A DNA stretch of 64,000 bases, taken from Escherichia phage vB-Eco-KMB37. A program made the translations under genes and the position numbers. The stretch lies in the sequence record OR525700; one strand, 5' to 3'. Below are positions 48,270-57,378 of the stretch, piece by piece (position 1 is the first letter of the stretch; each line of letters starts with the position of its first letter). The notes beneath the pieces were generated by a model, which saw only the letters and a program-made list of their open reading frames with translations, searched no databases and was not told the DNA's origin.

Positions 48270-49247
48270 TTAAGCAACAGCCTGGTCTTCTTTTTCAGGG
48301 AAGATTAAACTTGCAATAACACCCAGCCCCAGAGTACCTAACACAATATACATACTGATCGTCGGATCAATGTGTGCTGGCAGGAAACTCACTTTTGCGT
48401 GCAGAGTTTCTGCAAACGGGTGATACATCAGTTTTACACCCACAAATACCAGGACTACGATAACTGCTTTCTCCAGATGAACCAAATATTTCAGTGCAAC
48501 ACTAAGGACAAAGAACAGAGCACGTAGACCTAAAATTGCACACAGCATTGAAGAAAATACAAGCAGAGGTTCTTGTGTAACTGCAATTACTGCTGGAACA
48601 GAGTCTACTGCAAAGATTACGTCAACCATTTCCATTACGAACACACAAACCAATGCAGGAGTTGCTACACGAACACCATTTTTGATTGTGAAGAACTTCT
48701 CACCATCCATCTGATCAGATACAGGGAACAGCTTACGAACAATGCGAGTAGCCCAGTGTTTAGAATAATCAACTTCTGCGTCATTATCTCCAGCGAATAC
48801 CATTTTAGCTGCACAGAAAAGGATGACAGCACCGAAGAAGATATTAACATACCAGCCCAAACTCAACAAGTAAGTGCCTACTGCTACAAACACACCTCGG
48901 AAGACAATCGCACCTGCAATACCCCAAAGTAGAATCTTGTGTTGCAAGTGTGTGCTTTTAATACCAAAACTTGCGAATACTGCCACAAATACTACTAAGT
49001 TATCTACAGAAAGAGATTTCTCCAACACATACCCACTCAAGAACAAGCTCGCAAAATCAGCACCGTGTTGGAAGTATACAAAACCATAGTAGGCTAACGA
49101 TACTCCAATCCAGAAAATTGACCAGCCAATTGCAGATTTAAATGAAATTTCTTTGTTTTCTCTGTGTCCAAAGAAATCAATACAAATCGACAAGACTAAA
49201 ATACCCACTAAAACAACCACATCAATAATTGGGAAACCCAGTTGCAT
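48270..49247 (-). CDS. terC: TerC-family integral membrane protein
   Basis: 325 aa with multiple transmembrane segments; duplicated TerC signature blocks (LEKSLSVDNLVVFVAVF and FAVDSVPAVIAVTQEPLLVFSSMLCAILGLRALFFVL). Confidence 0.75.
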   Translation of the reverse strand: MQLGFPIIDVVVLVGILVLSICIDFFGHRENKEISFKSAIGWSIFWIGVSLAYYGFVYFQHGADFASLFLSGYVLEKSLSVDNLVVFVAVFASFGIKSTHLQHKILLWGIAGAIVFRGVFVAVGTYLLSLGWYVNIFFGAVILFCAAKMVFAGDNDAEVDYSKHWATRIVRKLFPVSDQMDGEKFFTIKNGVRVATPALVCVFVMEMVDVIFAVDSVPAVIAVTQEPLLVFSSMLCAILGLRALFFVLSVALKYLVHLEKAVIVVLVFVGVKLMYHPFAETLHAKVSFLPAHIDPTISMYIVLGTLGLGVIASLIFPEKEDQAVA

Positions 49248-49265
49248 TCTTTTCTCCTCTTTAAT

Positions 49266-49284
49266 GCGGAGGACAATCCTCCGC
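49266..49284 (-). terminator. GC-rich hairpin (candidate terminator)
   Basis: GCGGAGG-ACAAT-CCTCCGC; immediately upstream of the TerC RBS on the minus strand. Confidence 0.4.
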
Positions 49285-49324
49285 TCTATGTTGTATACTA
49301 TAAACTGTTTTTAAAGAAAGTCAA

Positions 49325-49573
49325 CTAGTTCAGTTCTGTAATTTTAAGTTTATCTTCTTTGTTAATAATAGGGAAAGCTACAGCATCACCTACATCATCA
49401 ATAAAGCAAACAGCAAGACCACCTTCCACTTTGCTAACTTGACCATTAAAGGCGTGATACGGGGCAGGAACAATATCTCCATCTTCAAGGAGAATAGCCT
49501 CATAAACCTTACCAATAGTACAATCACGAGTGTTTTTAAATTTTTCAAGCACTTCAACATTTACTTTACGCAT
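49325..49573 (-). CDS. hypothetical protein
   Basis: 82 aa. Confidence 0.4.
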   Translation of the reverse strand: MRKVNVEVLEKFKNTRDCTIGKVYEAILLEDGDIVPAPYHAFNGQVSKVEGGLAVCFIDDVGDAVAFPIINKEDKLKITELN

Positions 49574-49587
49574 ATAAAGATCCTCTC

Positions 49588-49794
49588 TTATTTGTTAGAT
49601 TGAAAGATACCACGAAGTACCGCAAGAATGAACGTCACACAGACTACACTCCAAAACGTTACAGGAACATGATGCCAGTCTAAACCGATAATGTCAATCA
49701 TATAGTTGTATGCTAAAAGCAGTAGCCAACTAGGGATTAACACAATCAAGAACACAACAATAAAACAACCTAATACTGCTAAAACACCTGCCAT
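49588..49794 (-). CDS. small membrane protein
   Basis: 68 aa with two hydrophobic helices. Confidence 0.45.
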   Translation of the reverse strand: MAGVLAVLGCFIVVFLIVLIPSWLLLLAYNYMIDIIGLDWHHVPVTFWSVVCVTFILAVLRGIFQSNK

Positions 49795-49803
49795 ACTTTC
49801 TCC

Positions 49804-50520
49804 TTATTTCAGTTTGTAAACAATTACATTTAAACCTTTGTTCACTAGAGTTTCTTCGATCATAAGTTTTACAATATTCCAAGAACCTCCAGCCAAACCA
49901 CAACCAAGCATTGGTAAACCTACAATTTTACCGCCTGAAGATACAACATCGTCTCCCATACTATCTAATGCATTGTAGATAGCTTCATAATTCAGGTCAC
50001 GCTTACCTTCCTCACGACGACTATAACCATATTGTCCATATAAATTATAAATTGTCAAATTGTTTTCTGTATACTTAGTAAACGTACCTAATTTTTTATA
50101 ATCACCACGTTTAGTGGCACAATCTGCTTTAAACGCACCAGGCCACTTGCTTTTAATTTTTGGTGCAATACCACTACCCATAGTGCAAAAACAGTTACAG
50201 CAGTGTGCTATAGCGTCTATATCGCCTCTCTCGGCTGCTGCTAAAAGATCACCGTGTACCTCAATGATACCTGCTGGATAACTTGTTACAATTTCATCTT
50301 CCCAGTACATTTTCTCTACACCACCGATCAGTGCAAAGTTTTGTGTAATGCGATCATCAATATAATTAAGACCTGAAACATACACAGCATATTCATCCTG
50401 TGCTGTAATGCCTTGTACACGAATTCTTAAGACACCATCTTTATCTGTTGCTACACGCCCAAAATCTTTTTCTGTAATATTGGTGATAGGATCTCCGAAA
50501 GTCATCACTTTATTAGACAT
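49804..50520 (-). CDS. macro-like (ADP-ribose-binding/processing) domain protein, tentative
   Basis: Start trimmed to ATG at 50520 (RBS AAAGGGGA); glycine-rich blocks AIAHCCNCFCTMGSGIAPKIK and GLPMLGCGLAGG loosely resemble macro-domain phosphate-binding loops; assignment uncertain. Confidence 0.3.
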   Translation of the reverse strand: MSNKVMTFGDPITNITEKDFGRVATDKDGVLRIRVQGITAQDEYAVYVSGLNYIDDRITQNFALIGGVEKMYWEDEIVTSYPAGIIEVHGDLLAAAERGDIDAIAHCCNCFCTMGSGIAPKIKSKWPGAFKADCATKRGDYKKLGTFTKYTENNLTIYNLYGQYGYSRREEGKRDLNYEAIYNALDSMGDDVVSSGGKIVGLPMLGCGLAGGSWNIVKLMIEETLVNKGLNVIVYKLK

Positions 50521-51370
50521 AATAATCCCCTTTAACATTAGATTTGTTGATAATGTTGCTTTCAAAAAATTGACGCAGGAAATCAAAGTTCTCTTTGTAT
50601 TTTTCAATATTATTGTAACCTTCTGCAAGGCAACCAAAGAACAGTTGTTCTACATAATACAAAGGAAGTTGTGAAAGTGCAATTTTAAAATCAACTTCGC
50701 TTTGACTCATTAGATACTTAATAGGACGAACCAAACATTTAGCATCAGTTTCTTGCTTAATCATTTTAATAAAAGCTGCCAGGTTATTGATATAGTTGAA
50801 GTTAAGCGCAGCTTCGGTGTTGGCTTCTGTACCTTCATACTTTGCAAAGTACAGGAAAAACGTATCGTTTTCAACACCTTCTTTGTCTAAAATTTCAATA
50901 AGTTTTTCTTCGTGTGTTCCTGTAATATTAACATCATCAATGAAAATCAGAGTTTTATTACCCCAGAAATCACGATTGATAGAGAAAGTGTCACCATCGA
51001 TCAAAGCCTTACGATCTTCTTTGCTAAGAAATCCATAATCATTGATATAACTCACTTTACGATGAACGATATCCCACTCTACTGCTTTACCTCCTTTGAT
51101 AGAGATTAGGTAGTTGAGGTGATCTACAAAATGTTCAGATAACACTGTAGCTGCATTTTTCACATAGTTATATGGAGATGGAATAACAACAAAACTTTCA
51201 TTTACTAGTCGTTCTTCATATTTAGAAAAGAAACTTTCAGCCAGAATGCGTCCCATTCTTTTTGCTGCCTGGTTACTACCAAACTTTAGTTTGGAATAAT
51301 CTGCAATGTTAAATTTTGCTTCCTTCAGATTAGTAAAAGTATTAGCAAAATGTTGAATTTGATTACGCAT
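50513..51370 (-). CDS. phosphoribosyltransferase (type I PRTase) domain protein
   Basis: 285 aa; PRPP-binding loop LIFIDDVNITGTHEEK (hydrophobic-DD-x-x-TG-T); RBS AAGAGGAA. Confidence 0.6.
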   Translation of the reverse strand: MRNQIQHFANTFTNLKEAKFNIADYSKLKFGSNQAAKRMGRILAESFFSKYEERLVNESFVVIPSPYNYVKNAATVLSEHFVDHLNYLISIKGGKAVEWDIVHRKVSYINDYGFLSKEDRKALIDGDTFSINRDFWGNKTLIFIDDVNITGTHEEKLIEILDKEGVENDTFFLYFAKYEGTEANTEAALNFNYINNLAAFIKMIKQETDAKCLVRPIKYLMSQSEVDFKIALSQLPLYYVEQLFFGCLAEGYNNIEKYKENFDFLRQFFESNIINKSNVKGDYYV

Positions 51371-52019
51371 TAATAAGTTCCTCTTTTTTAAGTTTAGCCA
51401 ACAAGTCTTCTGGATTAATAATATGACAGAACTTCATCCCTGTGTCAACAGCTTTTCCATCATAAATCAAACTATCTCCAACGTGTAAAATCTCCTCTGG
51501 TGCGAGATCAAACGTTACCATTTCATCAAAAGAGAGTTTAAAAAACCTAGGATCTGGTTTACACAAACAAAACTCATCAGAGAAATGCATAAAGTCAAAT
51601 GGTAATTTTGTTAAGCCAGAATATACAGCTAAGAAACTACCTGGTACAAAATTAGTATTGCTCTTAATACTCAAAGAATAGGTTGAACTTAGCTCTTCCA
51701 ACTTCTTGCAAAGCTCAGGGTTCAATATTGGAGGATGTTTTATAAACATTGCTAAACAGTCTCTTTTTAACCCATCTACTTTATCAAGATCAATGTTCAA
51801 ACGAGTAGAAAGTGTTTCCCAAGCATTTCTAGACGTTCCACAAATACCTTTTTCTGCTTTTAAATCCAGGAGAGTTTTTACCTCTTTATACACGGTAGCT
51901 GCTTCTACCTCAGAACAAGAGGCATACTCGGCAATAACCTTGTTACGCTCTTCTGCATACAAGGGATTAGCAGTAATAAGAGTATTCCATACATCAAAAG
52001 AAATATGCTTAACAGTCAT
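51363..52019 (-). CDS. HAD-superfamily hydrolase
   Basis: Start trimmed to ATG at 52019 (GGAGGA RBS); motif I ISFDVWNTLI and motif IV-like HVGDSLIYDGKAVD. Confidence 0.5.
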   Translation of the reverse strand: MTVKHISFDVWNTLITANPLYAEERNKVIAEYASCSEVEAATVYKEVKTLLDLKAEKGICGTSRNAWETLSTRLNIDLDKVDGLKRDCLAMFIKHPPILNPELCKKLEELSSTYSLSIKSNTNFVPGSFLAVYSGLTKLPFDFMHFSDEFCLCKPDPRFFKLSFDEMVTFDLAPEEILHVGDSLIYDGKAVDTGMKFCHIINPEDLLAKLKKEELINA

Positions 52020-52021
52020 TT

Positions 52022-52177
52022 TTAATCCTCCGTCCAAAAGAATATCATCTGCTTAATTTTATTAATCTCTTGACGTAGTAACTTTCCAGCATGTGATTGA
52101 TCTTTAAGATTTGCAGCAAGAGTTTCAAGCTCCGTTAGTTTTTCCTGGATAGCTTTATATTCATCATCTGTAAGCAT
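52022..52177 (-). CDS. small hypothetical coiled-coil protein (51 aa)
   Basis: ATG at 52177 preceded by AAAGGGGAAGAAA; stop 2 nt before the HAD start; not in the supplied ORF track because under 60 aa. Confidence 0.4.
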   Translation of the reverse strand: MLTDDEYKAIQEKLTELETLAANLKDQSHAGKLLRQEINKIKQMIFFWTED

Positions 52178-52188
52178 TTTCTTCCCCT

Positions 52189-52392
52189 TTAGAATGGTAA
52201 TCTTTGTATATCACTTGTCCCCACACCAAGAAGTCTAGCAATATCCTTATCTAAAAGCAACTCTTTTTGTTCTAAAATGTTAATCAGATCTCCTAATACT
52301 TCTTTAATGTCACGATCATTTTTAGCAACGTGACCACCTGCTGTATCAACTTTATCTTTAAAAACAAAATAATGATCCATAATACCCTCCAT
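52189..52392 (-). CDS. hypothetical protein
   Basis: 67 aa; RBS GGAGGG. Confidence 0.4.
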   Translation of the reverse strand: MEGIMDHYFVFKDKVDTAGGHVAKNDRDIKEVLGDLINILEQKELLLDKDIARLLGVGTSDIQRLPF

Positions 52393-52398
52393 ACAAAT

Positions 52399-52420
52399 AA
52401 AGGAGGCTTTCGCCTCCTTT
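52399..52420 (-). terminator. intrinsic terminator (GAAA tetraloop on minus strand)
   Basis: AAAGGAGGC-TTTC-GCCTCCTTT on plus strand; minus strand followed by AUUUGUAU. Confidence 0.7.
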
Positions 52421-52426
52421 TATCAC

Positions 52427-53587
52427 TTAGTAAGAACGACCACCAAACACATACTCTGTGTAGTTTTTACGTTCTTTGTTTTTAATAACAACTTCAATGT
52501 TGTTACCTTTATCATCGGTGAACATAAAGTGATAACCGTCACCACCCATTGTACGAATGTGTTTTTCATCATACGTTAGCAAGATACGGTCTACACCCCA
52601 GTAATAGTCACCTTCTTCATCTTTATCTTCTACGGTAACAATCCCTTCCATTTCAGGAAGATGCTCTTCTCCTAACTTATGGTCTACAGCTACAACATAA
52701 CGATTACCGCTAAACAAACCTTGTGCTGTCATACCGTCAATATCGGTATCTGACGAAACATCTGCTGTACGATCTACACCGTTAACTTTCAGAAGTTTAA
52801 CTTCTTTTGCAGCATAGCGGTGTTCAGTAATACTGATACCCATTAATGCAAGTGCATCAGAGAATTTGTCATTAGGGTAACGGTTAAGTTCTTCTACTAA
52901 TGACTGAACAATATCAAAGTTCAAATCCACGGAGAGATTATAAAGCGTTTCAAAATCTGGTAAGAAGGCTTTGTTCTCCAGATTTTTAGCCAGATAATCA
53001 TCCATAGTAGCTTTAGGTAGTTTCTTATAGCTAAAACTGTAGAAAATACGGCTAGGACGATTACGCAAAAATTCTGATACATAACCATCATTTTTAGTCA
53101 ATACAAACAGTTTGTCATAACCACCAACACCATCCAGCAGGGTAAGCAGACCATCTTGTGCATCTTTTTCAGCATACAGTTTATCAAATTCATCAATCAT
53201 AATCATCACAGGTTGTGTGATTTTAGACATAAAATTGATAAAGCCTTCACCATTAAAAGCACTACCGATAGAAATAGTAGGAATACCCATTTCACGAAGA
53301 GCAGAAGACAGCATTTTAGCTTGCAAAGTTTTACCGCTACCTTTCGTACCCTCAAGGAGAACACCTGTGTTTTTACCTTTGCGGCTAAGGAACGTCTTGA
53401 TAATACGTTCTGATTTATCATCAGTATCACCGTATGTTACTGAAGGAACTTCCATATCGTTTTTAGGATACAGGAAGAACTCACCACTTTGAGTAACACC
53501 TACACCAAAAGTTCCTGCTGGAATTTCTTCAATATCTGTACCAGATTTCTGACGCAGGAAGATTTGATTGCCGAATACTGTAAACAT
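52427..53587 (-). CDS. AAA+ family ATPase
   Basis: 386 aa; Walker A GTKGSGKT and Walker B VMIMIDEFD. Confidence 0.6.
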   Translation of the reverse strand: MFTVFGNQIFLRQKSGTDIEEIPAGTFGVGVTQSGEFFLYPKNDMEVPSVTYGDTDDKSERIIKTFLSRKGKNTGVLLEGTKGSGKTLQAKMLSSALREMGIPTISIGSAFNGEGFINFMSKITQPVMIMIDEFDKLYAEKDAQDGLLTLLDGVGGYDKLFVLTKNDGYVSEFLRNRPSRIFYSFSYKKLPKATMDDYLAKNLENKAFLPDFETLYNLSVDLNFDIVQSLVEELNRYPNDKFSDALALMGISITEHRYAAKEVKLLKVNGVDRTADVSSDTDIDGMTAQGLFSGNRYVVAVDHKLGEEHLPEMEGIVTVEDKDEEGDYYWGVDRILLTYDEKHIRTMGGDGYHFMFTDDKGNNIEVVIKNKERKNYTEYVFGGRSY

Positions 53588-53607
53588 AGTTTTCTCCTCT
53601 ATTTAAT

Positions 53608-54078
53608 TTAGTCAGATTCCCAAATGTTGTCTTTCTTAACCCACATTCGTTGATTATCTGAGCCTCTATAACGTTTCGTTGTTGGTTGATTCATATCATA
53701 CTTACCATCTATCACTATGTCAACCAGTTTTTTAATTTTCTCTGGAATTTCTTCAAAAAGATATCCTGTGTATAAGACAATATCTTTTTTGTTTCCAAAA
53801 CAATCTCTTACCTTCTCAAGAACATACGCTACAGTGTCAATGTTCTCTTTGTCAAGAGGTTCACCACCTAAAACTGTTAATCCTTTAATGAAAGGTCGAG
53901 ATAAATCTTCCAAAATAAGATCTAATGTTTCAGCAGTGAACTCTTGTCCGTAATTATACGACCAGGCTTTCTGGTTAAAGCAGCCACGGCAACCGTGGCT
54001 ACAACCGCTCACCCACAAAGAGCATCTTACACCGTCACCGTTGAGCATGTCAACAGGTTCATATCCGGCGTAATTCAA
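53608..54078 (-). CDS. nrdG: anaerobic ribonucleoside-triphosphate reductase activating protein (radical SAM)
   Basis: 156 aa; cysteine cluster GCSHGCRGC (CxxxCxxC) near N-terminus; 4 bp overlap with the upstream nrdD stop. Confidence 0.8.
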   Translation of the reverse strand: MNYAGYEPVDMLNGDGVRCSLWVSGCSHGCRGCFNQKAWSYNYGQEFTAETLDLILEDLSRPFIKGLTVLGGEPLDKENIDTVAYVLEKVRDCFGNKKDIVLYTGYLFEEIPEKIKKLVDIVIDGKYDMNQPTTKRYRGSDNQRMWVKKDNIWESD

Positions 54079-55874
54079 AAATGTTTCTCCCTTTCTAGTA
54101 CCTCTTGCATTTTACCTTTGTTATAAGGGCGAGAGTTAGGGGCAGAAAGGTATCCTGACACTCTTCTGATCACAGATATGGATTCTTCTTCATGATTACC
54201 GCAACTTGGACACTCGAAGCCTTTAGCCGTTGCTTTAAATTCACCATGAAAACCACATTTGAAACACTGATCTACAGGTTGGTTCACGCCAAAATAAGGA
54301 ATTTTATTGTAGGCATAATCTACAAGAGTTTCCAGTGCTTGCAAGTTATTTTTAAGGTTTGGTGTTTCTACATAACCTATGTTCCCACCATTACTAATTT
54401 GTGCAAAACCTTCCTCATAATCCCACTTTTGGAACGGGGTAGTGTGCATCCATACAGGTTGATGGAAAGAGTTTGTCAAGTAGTCACGATCAATAGAGCC
54501 AGGATAGCGATCATTTAACGCTTTGGCAAATTTATAGCACAAGGATTCTGCTGGTGTTCCATACAAACTAAAAGCTAAACCAGAACGTTCTTTAAATGTG
54601 CAACAGATATCCTTCATATATTGAAGGATGTTTTTACCCATTGCTTTTGGATTGGTGTTATTTGGGTATAAAATCTCCATAGCTTCTGCTAAACCTACAT
54701 AACCGATACTAATAGAGGCATAACCACCTTCAAATAGTTTACCAATCTCTTCATTAGCTTTTAGTCGAGCTAAAGCACCTTCCATAAACAATGTAGGGTT
54801 TTGAGATGCTTTGGTATGTCTAATACGGTTAACACGTAGCATATGTGCCTTATACGCCATCTCCATATGTTGTTCCAACAGTTCAGTAAATAAGATGCCC
54901 TTTTCACGGGACTCTGCTGCAATGATAGGTAAGTTTAAAGAAACTACGCCTAAGTTGAAACGACCATCATATTTTTCACCTTGCTCTGTTGCATAGTATG
55001 ACAAGAAGCTACGGCAACCCATGCTTGTAACGCGACCATCTGAAGATCCTGTAACTTCTTTGTTTAAAGGTACAGAGATAAAATCAGGATAAATGCGTTC
55101 AGCACAACACTCCATTGCCAGTTGCTTCAAATCATAATTTGGATCGCCAGCTTTCATGTTAACACCATCTTCCAAGAAGAAGATAACTTTAGGAAACACA
55201 GGAGTTACCCTATCTTTTCCCAATCCTTGTTTGTGCACCATTAGGTAGTTTTTAGTGATCATTCTACCAAAAGCAGAGGTATCCAAACCTAAACTAATTG
55301 TTATAAAAGGTGACTGACCATTTACACTCATTAGAGTGTTCACCTGGTAGATTAAAGTTTGCATTGCATCATAGACCTGTTTATCTACCATACGCATAGC
55401 AATATCATAATCGCCAACATCGGCATATATTTTATTAAAACTTGCTTTAACGTATTGACTAAGCCCAGTATCAACATGTGCACAAGTTTGTCCACCATAT
55501 TGGCTAGAAGCTACTGCTTGAATAATTTGAGTTAGGACAGTAGTTGCTACGCCAATAGATTTTGGTTTTTCAATATGCGCATTACCAATACGGAAACCGT
55601 TCTCAAGCATATCTTGGTAATTTACCAGGCAACAATTAGTTAGAGGTGAGAGTAAATAATCTAAATCGTGAATGTGACCATACCCACTCTTATGCCATTC
55701 TGCCAGATCTTCCGGTAAAATATGGGTCATTGCCATGTGCTTGCTTAGGATACCTGCTAGTAAGTCTCGGTGAGTATTAACAATCATTGCAGGTTTGTTT
55801 GCATTTTCACGAGTAAATTCTTCGGATGTTTGTTCGAGGAATCCGATTACATCCTCATATAGTTTTTGGGTCAT
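54075..55874 (-). CDS. nrdD: anaerobic ribonucleoside-triphosphate reductase (class III, glycyl radical)
   Basis: C-terminal zinc ribbon CFKCGFHGEF...CPSCGNHEEE and glycyl-radical motif RRVSGYL; start set at ATG 55874 (GGAGGA RBS) rather than 55904, which lies inside a terminator hairpin. Confidence 0.85.
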   Translation of the reverse strand: MTQKLYEDVIGFLEQTSEEFTRENANKPAMIVNTHRDLLAGILSKHMAMTHILPEDLAEWHKSGYGHIHDLDYLLSPLTNCCLVNYQDMLENGFRIGNAHIEKPKSIGVATTVLTQIIQAVASSQYGGQTCAHVDTGLSQYVKASFNKIYADVGDYDIAMRMVDKQVYDAMQTLIYQVNTLMSVNGQSPFITISLGLDTSAFGRMITKNYLMVHKQGLGKDRVTPVFPKVIFFLEDGVNMKAGDPNYDLKQLAMECCAERIYPDFISVPLNKEVTGSSDGRVTSMGCRSFLSYYATEQGEKYDGRFNLGVVSLNLPIIAAESREKGILFTELLEQHMEMAYKAHMLRVNRIRHTKASQNPTLFMEGALARLKANEEIGKLFEGGYASISIGYVGLAEAMEILYPNNTNPKAMGKNILQYMKDICCTFKERSGLAFSLYGTPAESLCYKFAKALNDRYPGSIDRDYLTNSFHQPVWMHTTPFQKWDYEEGFAQISNGGNIGYVETPNLKNNLQALETLVDYAYNKIPYFGVNQPVDQCFKCGFHGEFKATAKGFECPSCGNHEEESISVIRRVSGYLSAPNSRPYNKGKMQEVLEREKHF

Positions 55875-55893
55875 TAATCCTCCGTGGAAAATA

Positions 55894-55916
55894 AAAGCCA
55901 GCATTAAGCTGGCTTT
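55894..55916 (-). terminator. intrinsic terminator
   Basis: AAAGCCAGC-ATTAA-GCTGGCTTT on plus strand; minus strand followed by UAUUUUCC. Confidence 0.7.
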
Positions 55917-55963
55917 AGGGTGGATCTTTATTTTAAATCTTTTTCGTAAGATTGTCCTTGATC

Positions 55964-56914
55964 TTAGTCAAGGTTTTTGGTAATACGTGTACAACCGTCA
56001 GAAGTCAAACCGTCAACTTGAGTTTCCCAAGTACCATGAATATTTCGGAACAATGTTGTTACACCTTTTGGTTCATTAATAATGATTGCCATAACAAGTT
56101 TAGGATCGATAACAGACATAATCTTTTCCTCAATACCCTCTGTAATAACATTATTGCGCACAATATTAATTGCATCTTCTTGTACAGTAAGAACACTTAC
56201 GTTCTTAAGAGTATATACCTGCTGTGTAGTGTAAATAATACGAACATAACTTACAGAACGAGTAGGCACAGGTTTACGCGGTCGGCGAAAACGTGGTTTT
56301 GGTGAAGATTCAGTCTTACTTTCATTTTTTGAATAATACTCCTCAAACAGTTTAGTAAATGTTTTTACATCAACTACAAACCGATCTTTCCTATATGGAG
56401 AATTCTTATGTGCACCATTAATACCACTGTTTTCATCGAAGAAAGTAATGTTTTCTTCAGTTGAATACATTAGATAATGCTCTGCATTTTTCCAATGTGG
56501 TTGTGGACAACGAGGATTACAAACGGAAAGCAAATAATTAATATTTTCTTCCGTGGCCTCAGTATCCAGGAAACACGTATTATGCACAGTCAGTTGTACT
56601 TTTTCAGCCATATCCTTTTCTTTATCCTCTTTAGCAAGATACTCAGTACGAATAATTTCCAGAAAATTTTCAGGTGTTACTTCCATAAATGTATATTCAG
56701 GATGAAGTTCCATATATTCAAATCCACAACCATCTAATTGCTGTAGAAAGTTAGGGTAGAAGAACAAGTCATTAACACTGTGAATCAGATCATTGATTTC
56801 TGCTTCAGACGTGTAACCAAAACTTTTGTGAATTGCCTCGTTAAGAATATGCAGGATACCCATCTCTTCTGCTGCTTTTTTAACTTCCAGTTTATTAGCG
56901 TAAAATGCAATCAT
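55964..56914 (-). CDS. hypothetical protein
   Basis: 316 aa; basic P/R/K-rich C-terminal half; no motif recognised. Confidence 0.45.
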   Translation of the reverse strand: MIAFYANKLEVKKAAEEMGILHILNEAIHKSFGYTSEAEINDLIHSVNDLFFYPNFLQQLDGCGFEYMELHPEYTFMEVTPENFLEIIRTEYLAKEDKEKDMAEKVQLTVHNTCFLDTEATEENINYLLSVCNPRCPQPHWKNAEHYLMYSTEENITFFDENSGINGAHKNSPYRKDRFVVDVKTFTKLFEEYYSKNESKTESSPKPRFRRPRKPVPTRSVSYVRIIYTTQQVYTLKNVSVLTVQEDAINIVRNNVITEGIEEKIMSVIDPKLVMAIIINEPKGVTTLFRNIHGTWETQVDGLTSDGCTRITKNLD

Positions 56915-56931
56915 TATGTTCTCCTTCTAAA

Positions 56932-57366
56932 TTAGTTTAAAATTTCTTTTGCAATGGTAGAAGCAAGTTTTCCATCATATTGATTCGGATACTCTGCTTT
57001 AAGGTGTTTCATCATATCTGGCATTTTCTTACCTGTCAAGGCAAATTCTTCAGCAATAGCTCGAAGATCATCTTCAGATAGCATTTCTGGTAAATATTTC
57101 TCCAGAGTGGTGATATCACGCATAGCTCGCTCACATTTGCTAAGGGAAGCATTAACTTTCTTAAGTGAGTCTAGTTCCTCTTTAGCGTGTGCAATACCAA
57201 TCTTAACAATGTTAATCATAATATCGTCTTCTGATTTGTTTAGATTTGCCTTTTGAGTACGAGCAAGGTCAAACTCACCAATAATATTAGTTAACAAAGC
57301 AAAAGCACCCTTATCGGTTGTACGTGCTAAGATACGATCTGCTTTCATTTGTGTCACAATAGACAT
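56932..57366 (-). CDS. GatB/YqeY-domain protein
   Basis: 144 aa; C-terminal LEKYLPEMLSEDDLRAIAEE...KKMPDMMKHLKAEYPNQYDGKLASTIAKEIL matches the YqeY family pattern. Confidence 0.65.
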   Translation of the reverse strand: MSIVTQMKADRILARTTDKGAFALLTNIIGEFDLARTQKANLNKSEDDIMINIVKIGIAHAKEELDSLKKVNASLSKCERAMRDITTLEKYLPEMLSEDDLRAIAEEFALTGKKMPDMMKHLKAEYPNQYDGKLASTIAKEILN

Positions 57367-57378
57367 TCTATTCTCCTT

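Noticed and set aside
55875-55904. Upstream ATG at 55904 as the nrdD start
   Set aside because: That codon lies inside the stem of the 55894-55916 terminator hairpin and lacks an RBS; the ATG at 55874 has a GGAGGA RBS.
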